A DNA stretch of 64,000 nt from Gammaproteobacteria bacterium (GTDB taxonomy: Bacteria > Pseudomonadota > Gammaproteobacteria > Ga0077536), in contig CAXXLL010000003.1 of the NCBI GenBank assembly GCA_963662545.2, forward strand, positions 2,186,644 through 2,250,643, in the 5' to 3' direction. The notes under the pieces were generated by a model. That model ran no database searches. It was not told the DNA's origin and saw only the letters and a program-made list of their open reading frames with translations. This document shows positions 57,132 to 64,000 of the stretch, in pieces. Every line of letters starts with the position of its first letter. The stretch's first letter is position 1. Both the position numbers and the translations under genes were made by a program.

Positions 57132-57487
57132 ACTCGCCGTACAGTCGTGCGACCCTCCCGGCCTGTCAATTATCCGCGCACTATCAAATTAACAGCTGAT
57201 TAACCATCGGTCGGGCTGAGCGTTTCCAAAAGTATTTATCACCGGCACCTTGTCCCGCCCGAAATCATCCGATAGGCCGTCTGACTCCGGGAGAAATTCC
57301 GGACACCCATAAACCCGAAGCGCCGAACCTCGTTCCACTCAGGTGGTTATCGTCAGACGGTTCATCGGTGTCCCCTACTGCGCCTTGCTGGAGATCGCTA
57401 CCCTCCTACGTTAATCAAGTCTATTGATCGAGACTAAATACGCGTTCCGAATGATAGGTCGTATCCTTCTTTGTAACGGTATTCGTC

Positions 57488-57581
57488 ATTCGCCCGCAAG
57501 CCGGCTACTACGCAGCCCCCGCAATGGGTTGGCGGCATCTCGAATCGTAGGAGCCCGCTTGCGGGCGAATTGAAATCTGTC
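57488..57581. repeat. Long imperfect hairpin element with AAATCTGTC tail, possibly a relative of the stacked-hairpin family
   Basis: ATTCGCCCGCAAGCCGGCTACTACG ... CGTAGGAGCCCGCTTGCGGGCGAAT (57488-57570), then tgaaatctgtc. Confidence 0.55.
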
Positions 57582-57706
57582 GCGTAATTCGGAGCAGCTA
57601 TTTACACAGTTATCCCGCTGCAATCACGCAGTATGTGGAGATCAAACGGGTCGGTGCCGTCCTAAGCGGGGCTGTAGTATGGGCCGACCAGACAAGGATC
57701 AGATAA

Positions 57707-58576
57707 ATGAAATTCGGATTGCGCTACTGCAACACAGGCCCCTACGTCAATCCCGTCACCGCGATTGAGCTCGTTCAGGCAGGTGAAGCGGCTGGCTTTG
57801 ACTCCGCCTGGACGGTAGAACACACCGTCGTACCCGCGGGATATGCATCGGCTTATCCCTACTCGGACAGCGGCAAAATGGCCGGCGGAGTGGACGACTT
57901 TCCGCTGCCGGACCCGCTGATCTGGATGGCTTACGTGGCGAGTAGCACAGCAACTATAAAGCTCGCGACCGGCATTCTGATACTGCCGCAACATAACCCG
58001 GTAGTCGTCGCCAAGCAGGTCGCATCACTCGATTATCTGAGTGGGGGCCGCGTTTTGTTCGGGGTAGGTGTAGGTTGGTTAAAGGAAGAGTTTGAGGCGC
58101 TGGGTGTACCGTTCGAAGATCGGGGCCGACGCACGGACGAATACATCGAAGCGATCCGAGCATTGTGGACGCAGGAAAAACCGACCTATAAGGGCGAATT
58201 CGTGAATTTCGAGGATGCCTACTGCCGGCCGCAACCCCGGCAGGAATCGATCCCGATCATCATCGGCGGACATTCGAAGAGCGCTGCCAGACGCGCCGGC
58301 CGATTAGGCGATGGCTACTTTCCCGCGCGTGAAGCGCCGGCAGATCTGATAGAAGAAGCGCGCGCTGCTGCCGTTCAGCATGGTCGTGATCCGGCTGCAC
58401 TCGAAATCAGCGTAAGCATGCCGAACGATCCCGAACTGCTTTCCGACTACGCACGCTTGGGTGTAAGCCGCGTGTTGGTGCCCGTTACGACGGTAACCGG
58501 GCTCGACAGCGGTATTCAGAATCCCGATGACGTTCTGCGATGGAAGGATACGATTGATCGTTTCGCCGATCTGTAG
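57707..58576 (+). CDS. LLM-class (F420-dependent-type) oxidoreductase
   Basis: MKFGLRY..., AGFDSAWTVEHTV, LATGILILPQHNPVVVAKQVASLDYLSGGRVLFGVGVGW and IPIIIGGHS. Confidence 0.85.
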   Translation: MKFGLRYCNTGPYVNPVTAIELVQAGEAAGFDSAWTVEHTVVPAGYASAYPYSDSGKMAGGVDDFPLPDPLIWMAYVASSTATIKLATGILILPQHNPVVVAKQVASLDYLSGGRVLFGVGVGWLKEEFEALGVPFEDRGRRTDEYIEAIRALWTQEKPTYKGEFVNFEDAYCRPQPRQESIPIIIGGHSKSAARRAGRLGDGYFPAREAPADLIEEARAAAVQHGRDPAALEISVSMPNDPELLSDYARLGVSRVLVPVTTVTGLDSGIQNPDDVLRWKDTIDRFADL

Positions 58577-58798
58577 GTATATGAATCAAAGGTGTCGTTT
58601 AGCTGAATTCTCGAACAAGTCAAAATATGAGAGGGAAGGACATGCTCCAGCTAGTTAGTGTGCATCCCTAAACGCGATGCGGTTGAAATAAAAAGGAAAA
58701 TTTGTCGCTTAAGGGATCGAAACCTCCGGTGGGTCGTGATCTAATGGAACTTCAAACCTCTGATTTTCCACACAATCATCGACACCACAGGAGGGGGA

Positions 58799-60138
58799 AT
58801 GCGTCAGAAACGCACGGCCCAAGCGAGTATATACGAGCTGTTTGCTGACCATGACCTGGGGCGAGAGCTGCAGGGCATGTCCGAGTGGCTCGATGCTCAC
58901 CCCAAGGTCCTCACGCCGGTCATGAACGATCTGTGTCGGCGGGGTTTGAAGCCCACCGGTCGACGCGGACTGTCGGCGGAGTCGGTGCTGCGCTGCGCGG
59001 TGCTCAAGCAGCACCGGCAATTGAGTTACGAGGAGCTGGCCTTTCACCTGCAGGACTCGGCGAGCTTTCAGGCCTTCGCCCGGTTGCCGGGTAATGAACG
59101 TCCGAAGAAGTCTGCCTTACAGCGGGTGGTCTCGGCGATCCAGGTATCGACGTGGGAGTCTATTCATCGCGCCCTGCTGGCGACGGCGAAAGAGACGCGC
59201 ATTGAGCCGGCACAGCGTGTACGGATTGATAGCACGGTAACGGACAGTGCCATCCACGCGCCGAGCGACAGTCATCTGCTGTGGGATGGCGTGCGTGTTG
59301 TGGTTCGTCTGCTCGCACAGGCGCGCGAGTTGCCTGGCGCGCCGGAGTTGTGCTTCGTGAACCACACTCGATTGGCGAAGAAGCGTGCGCGGGCGCTGTG
59401 GTATGCGCGTGGTGCGAAGCAACGCCAACGTCTGTATCGCGATTTGATTGGGGCGACGCGTTCAACCTTGGAAGCGGTAGCGAGGGTACGTGAGCAGCTG
59501 CTGAGCCCGGGCGTCACCGGCGTTGAACTGCCGGACTGGCTAGCGCAGGTAGCGCACTACGAAACACTTGTTCTGCAGGTGATTTCGCAAACTGAGCGGC
59601 GGGTGTTCGGCGGTGAGAAGGTCCCCGCGAGCGAGAAGTGCGTGAGCTTGTTCGAGCCGCATACCGACATCATCATAAAGGGTGCGCGCGACGTTCAGTA
59701 CGGACACAAAATCAATCTGGCTTCGGGGCGCAGTGGCCTCATCCTCGACGTGGTCATCGAGCGAGGCAATCCGGTCGATAGTCAGCGCTTCATGCCGATG
59801 CTCGAACGGCATCGAACACACTACGGGACGATGCCAGACTCGCCGCCGATGGCGGCTATGCGAGCCTCGACAATCTCCGGGCGGCGAAAGCAGAAGGCAT
59901 CGAAGACGTTGCCTTCCACAAGAAGCGCGGGCTCGCGATCGCCGACATGGTCAAGAGTCAGTGGGTCTATCGACGCTTGCGCAACTTCCGCGCCGGCATC
60001 GAGGCCGGTATCTCCTGCCTGAAGCGTGCATACGGATTGGCACGTTGCACCTGGAAGAGCCTGCCGCACTTCGAAGCCTACGTGTGGTCTTCTGTGGTCG
60101 ACAACCTCAGCCTGCTCGCGCGCTATCAACTCGAATAG
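58799..60138 (+). pseudogene. IS4/IS5-superfamily DDE transposase with a frameshift near 59835
   Basis: Frame 1 reads RIDSTVTDSAIHAPSDSHLLWD...SLFEPHTDIIIKGARDVQYGHKINL...ERHRTHYGTMP. The continuation RLAADGGYASLDNL...MVKSQWVYRRLRNFRAGIEAGISCLKRAYGLARC is in another frame. Possible short IRs AGTTAGTG at 58653 and 60153-60160. Confidence 0.75.
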
Positions 60139-60325
60139 CGACGTTCACTCGCACTAACTGACCTCCTCGATATCGTCGAACGGGCGACTTTGGGTTGCAG
60201 CGCTCTGCGGCCGGCGAACGTACTCACAATTACGCTCGAAGAGCCCTTCGACCCCCACCGAACCGCCGCTACCGCTCCAACAACCTACTTTCAACACCTC
60301 GATTTCTCCGTGCCCATCGAAGAAA

Positions 60326-61339
60326 ATGCCTGTTTATGGACGGACACTAGTTAGGCTAATCGTTCTCGCCGGTGCGGTGATGATGGTTGATGTTGTTGCG
60401 GGCGAGGAGTCCCTTGAGCGCATCCAATGGTGGCCATCTGAATGGGGGCCGAACGATCAACGTGGAGCCGCGAACCGCCTCGGCCCGGATAAAGTATTGC
60501 AAGCGGCGCAATTGATCACCAGCGGTCATGTTTATGACATGGGACGCGTATTTGAAGATACGATGCCGCTGTTCACGTTCGGCCCACACCATCGTAAGTA
60601 TTCTCTGTTTACCCCGGGCGCCCCTTTGGGCGGCCCTATGGGTGACAACCAGCTTTTCTGGAACGAAGACTACATATCCGGGCATTTAGCACAGGATGGA
60701 ACGCAGTTTGATTCACTCGCACACATGGGTACGGCGGTAGGTGATCCTTCAGATCTGAATAATTTGCGTTACTACAATGGACTGACGCATGCGGAAATCG
60801 GTGGTGACGGGCATGGATTTGAAAAACTCGGAACTGAGAACGTACCGCCGTTCTTCACCCGGGGCATCCTTCTTGATTTTCGTGGGTTAAAGGGCCGCCC
60901 TCTCGAAAGGTCTGAGGAAATCACCATAGATGACATTCATGCCGCGTTGAAGCGACAGGGGTTGAGCGAAGACGACATCCTTCCCGGTGACGCGTTTTTC
61001 TACAACACGGGTTGGGGCGAACTCTGGAAGGTCGACAACGACAAATTCAATTCCGGGACGCCCGGCCTGTCTGTCGAAGCAGGCGATTGGGTGGTGGCGA
61101 AGAAAGTCCTGCTCGTCGGGGTGGATAACTGGGGAGTCGAAGCGATCCCCCATCCGAATCCGAAACTGATGGCGCCTAATCATCAGAAGTTTCTCGTTGA
61201 GAACGGCATCTACATCCTGGAGAACCTGGATTTTTCATCGCTGATTGAATCAAAGGTCTGGCAATTCGCATTTGCGTTCGGGGCCATTCGATTGAAAGGC
61301 GCTACCGGCTCGCCGGCACGGCCGTTTGCTATTCGGTAA
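60326..61339 (+). CDS. Cyclase-family protein (kynurenine-formamidase-like), with signal peptide
   Basis: GPNDQRGAANRL, VYDMGRVF, DGTQFDSLAHMG and LLVGVDNWGVEA. The N-terminus is hydrophobic. Confidence 0.8.
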   Translation: MPVYGRTLVRLIVLAGAVMMVDVVAGEESLERIQWWPSEWGPNDQRGAANRLGPDKVLQAAQLITSGHVYDMGRVFEDTMPLFTFGPHHRKYSLFTPGAPLGGPMGDNQLFWNEDYISGHLAQDGTQFDSLAHMGTAVGDPSDLNNLRYYNGLTHAEIGGDGHGFEKLGTENVPPFFTRGILLDFRGLKGRPLERSEEITIDDIHAALKRQGLSEDDILPGDAFFYNTGWGELWKVDNDKFNSGTPGLSVEAGDWVVAKKVLLVGVDNWGVEAIPHPNPKLMAPNHQKFLVENGIYILENLDFSSLIESKVWQFAFAFGAIRLKGATGSPARPFAIR

Positions 61340-61470
61340 AGGCCATGCCGGAAATCGGAGACCGGGTCAGGCAAAACGTTGTCGTCCGCACGGCTGCAAG
61401 CGATACTCCACCGATGCCGGCTTTCCTGCAATGGATGCTTTACCCGATTAAGGTCAGCGAGGAATAAAAA

Positions 61471-62502
61471 ATGACACAGCAAGTCGATACAGATGATGAA
61501 CAGGCGGTCGAATTGTGGAACCTTGAATGGCCAAGCGGTGTTATCGCGGTCCAGTTCGCTCAATTCGGTGCGCAGGCGAAAACCGCGGCGGAAGCCGCTG
61601 CGGCGCTCGAGGCCTATCGCCCTCTGTTTGCGCTGGAGGATGGACCGGTAGAGTTAAATCGCGGCGTCTTCGATGACGCCGAGTCCTATACGAACGCGCT
61701 GTTCATCGCGTACTGGACCGACACGGCAGCCTACGACCGATGGCTACGGCAGGATGCGGTTCAAGGCTTCTGGTCGCAGCTTCCGGTTGACGGTGGCGTC
61801 GGCTACTGGCAGGAGATCGTCCTTGTCCCGACTGAGCGCATCGACACGCTTTACACGCCTGATGATCCGGTCGCGAACGACCAGCCCGGTGTTGCTCAAC
61901 ATGGAAAGATGGGCGTGTGCCAGGCCCACGGTTATTGGGGCGCGGCACGCCACCGCATTCGCGCCTCCAAGAAAGACGATTTCGCGCCGCAACTGGCCAG
62001 CTATGAACCGACCAAGCAGGAAACTCACGGCCGCCGCATCTCGATCACGGTACCTGGAAACGTCTGTATCGCTCGTCACCACGAAGACTGGCGCAAAGCC
62101 GAGGTGTTCGGGGACGTCTACCTGCGCAATGTGGCCGGCATAAAAGAGGCCGGTGTAAAGCATCTCGAACGGCACCCGGAACTCGGCTGCGTGAGCGCAC
62201 GCGAGATAAAGGGACACGACCTCGACGGCGATGCCATCAATAGCTCAAACTCAATCGCGTGCTTCCTGTCGCTTGGGCATTTGGAGACCTGGACGCGCGC
62301 CGATCCCAGTCACCTGGCTATTCACGATGCCTTCCTTGAGGTGGTGGCGCAAATGAAACCAGGGGAAACCTGGGACGTGCCCATGTGGCACGAGGTGTAC
62401 GTCATCCCCGAGGGCAACGCCGAAGCAAAATACGTCAACTGCCACAACCGCACGGGGTTCCTCACGCTGCTCGATCGCCAACTCGCCACCGCTGACAATT
62501 AA
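61471..62502 (+). CDS. oxd: Aldoxime dehydratase (haem-dependent, Oxd family)
   Basis: AHGYWGAARHRI, NSIACFLSLGHLETWTRADPSHLAIHDAF and WHEVYVIP match the Oxd pattern. Confidence 0.8.
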   Translation: MTQQVDTDDEQAVELWNLEWPSGVIAVQFAQFGAQAKTAAEAAAALEAYRPLFALEDGPVELNRGVFDDAESYTNALFIAYWTDTAAYDRWLRQDAVQGFWSQLPVDGGVGYWQEIVLVPTERIDTLYTPDDPVANDQPGVAQHGKMGVCQAHGYWGAARHRIRASKKDDFAPQLASYEPTKQETHGRRISITVPGNVCIARHHEDWRKAEVFGDVYLRNVAGIKEAGVKHLERHPELGCVSAREIKGHDLDGDAINSSNSIACFLSLGHLETWTRADPSHLAIHDAFLEVVAQMKPGETWDVPMWHEVYVIPEGNAEAKYVNCHNRTGFLTLLDRQLATADN

Positions 62503-62514
62503 GAGAGAACCACG

Positions 62515-63735
62515 ATGGCAGGGCAAGCGGAACTTCAGACGCATGCGCGCTGGCTCGCGCGCCTGCTCGGGACGGATTTCCTGCTGTGGTCGCCAAACAT
62601 CCAGGCCGAGGGCTTTCTGTACTGGGATCGGATCTTTGCTACGCGGTCGATTCCTCGTGGTCCGCGTGTCTGCGAATTGTTACACGCAGACCGTGAGATC
62701 GATGTCAGTTTCGAGGACCAGGGTCGAACCTGCGACATCGCCGACTTGATGCGTGACGAGCACTTGAGCGGCCTCATCGTCCTCAAGAACGGCGAGATCC
62801 TCCTCGAACGATACGCACTCGGCCTGACGCCGGAGCTGCGCTGGCAATCCTCTTCGATGGTGAAATCGATCACCTCGTCGCTCATTGGGGCGGCGCTGCA
62901 TGACGGCCTCATCGACAGCCTCGATGATGAGATGACGGCATACCTCCCGGACTTCACGGGAACCGCTTATGACGGCGTAACGTTACGCCACCTGCTCAGT
63001 ATGACCAGTGGTATTGATTGGAGCGAAGATTACGAGGACATGAAGGCCGACGTGCAGGAGCATTACATTAAGCCGATCGCCAAGCGCGAGCCGGGTCATA
63101 TCGCGAATTATATGAAGACACTAAAGCGTATCGATGAACCAGGCACGCAGTACTACTACAACACCGGCGACACTTTTCTACTCAGTCTGATCTTAAGCAA
63201 AGTAACCGGTAAAACGGTGGCGGACTATTGTGCAGAGAAGATCTGGGTACCCGCCGGCATGGAACAGGATGGCTATTTCATGCTGGATTCGGACGACGGG
63301 CAGGAGATCACGGGCAGCTGCTGCGGCGCATCGCTCCGCGATTACGCGAGGTTCGGGCTGTTGATGCTGAACGACGGCGTAAGCCCGAACGGCGAACGCG
63401 TTCTGCCAGAGGGTTGGACTCTCGAGGCCACGGCACCTTCGGCTCCTAACTTCCACAAGGACATCGGCGATCGGCCGAGGCTCGACACCTCCGCCTTTAC
63501 CGGCTACGGCTACCTCTGGTGGGTCCACCATCCGGGATCGTTTATGGCGCTCGGCGCGTATGGTCAGTGGATCCACGTCGAACCGGGGGACGGACTGGTG
63601 TTCGTGATGGTCGGCGCGATGCCGCGGGAAACATACATGGACCCGGCCGAGCCCGCCGCGCAGGAAATCGGGTCGCAGCACGGTGGTCCGCGGCGCTTTG
63701 CGTTCATCGAGGCGGTTCGCGAGGCGCTCAGCTAA
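62515..63735 (+). CDS. Serine hydrolase, beta-lactamase/transpeptidase-like (class C fold)
   Basis: SxxK motif SSMVKS, plus YYYNTGD and GYGYLWW segments. Confidence 0.8.
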   Translation: MAGQAELQTHARWLARLLGTDFLLWSPNIQAEGFLYWDRIFATRSIPRGPRVCELLHADREIDVSFEDQGRTCDIADLMRDEHLSGLIVLKNGEILLERYALGLTPELRWQSSSMVKSITSSLIGAALHDGLIDSLDDEMTAYLPDFTGTAYDGVTLRHLLSMTSGIDWSEDYEDMKADVQEHYIKPIAKREPGHIANYMKTLKRIDEPGTQYYYNTGDTFLLSLILSKVTGKTVADYCAEKIWVPAGMEQDGYFMLDSDDGQEITGSCCGASLRDYARFGLLMLNDGVSPNGERVLPEGWTLEATAPSAPNFHKDIGDRPRLDTSAFTGYGYLWWVHHPGSFMALGAYGQWIHVEPGDGLVFVMVGAMPRETYMDPAEPAAQEIGSQHGGPRRFAFIEAVREALS

Positions 63736-63906
63736 TTATTCCCGGCACCTGGTGCCGAGAGTAATACGTTACTTAGGAATTAAAGATTCACCAAATTCTT
63801 GACGGTTTAAAGATTAATCCCTCCGCTATCTTTTATATTCTGGCAAGCTTTAACTCGCGCCGAAGCGGCAACAAACCAATGATTTGTTTGTCACGTATTA
63901 ATTTTA

Positions 63907-64000
63907 GTGGTGAGGGGCATAGATTTGAAAAACTCGGGACTGAAAACGTACCGCCGTTCTTCACGCGCGGCATCCTTCTTGATTTTCGTAGGTTAAAAGG
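63907..64000 (+). pseudogene. 5'-truncated second copy of the cyclase gene (continues beyond window)
   Basis: 63907-64000 aligns with 60801-60895 (ggtga.gggcat.gatttgaaaaactcgg.actga.aacgtaccgccgttcttcac...) with scattered substitutions. There is no similarity upstream of 63907. Confidence 0.7.

Overview
High-GC proteobacterial (probably gammaproteobacterial) chromosomal DNA. The segment 43.4-58.6 kb is ordinary core metabolism: rppH, mdh, gltA, sucA-sucB-lpdA, a thiolase, phaR, GTP-type PEPCK, a phasin and an LLM oxidoreductase. The rest is an accessory mosaic saturated with insertion sequences. These are two IS6 copies, an IS3/IS407-group element, two different IS21 elements (one present as a full copy plus a truncated copy), two decayed IS91 remnants, IS1380, a second IS3, IS256 and an IS4/IS5-superfamily element. 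Most are truncated, nested, lack target-site duplications, or carry in-frame stops or frameshifts.

Interleaved with the IS elements are:
(1) an orphan Hanks-type Ser/Thr kinase with a C-terminal zinc ribbon;
(2) a roughly 17 kb hydrolase-rich catabolic gene set (crotonase, amidohydrolases, amidase, cupins, MetE-like proteins, a PuuE-like deacetylase, FmdB) containing several pseudogenes;
(3) the remnant of an integrative, probably self-replicating P4/PICI-like element (iteron array plus AT-rich tract, AlpA, Toprim primase, DUF3987 protein, unknown cargo) with no integrase;
(4) a translationally coupled three-ORF, split-beta, cobalt-type nitrile-hydratase-family operon arranged like thiocyanate hydrolase;
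(5) an aldoxime dehydratase plus serine hydrolase segment bracketed by cyclase-gene copies.

The most unusual signal that ordinary annotation does not explain is a family of about 70-75 bp stacked-hairpin micro-elements. Their stems differ between copies but change in a compensatory way, while the loops are conserved. They are found inside an IS91 reading frame, nested within each other, and in core intergenic DNA. No rRNA, intact tRNA or CRISPR array was seen. All calls rest on reading the sequence and ORF translations by eye; no searches were run.
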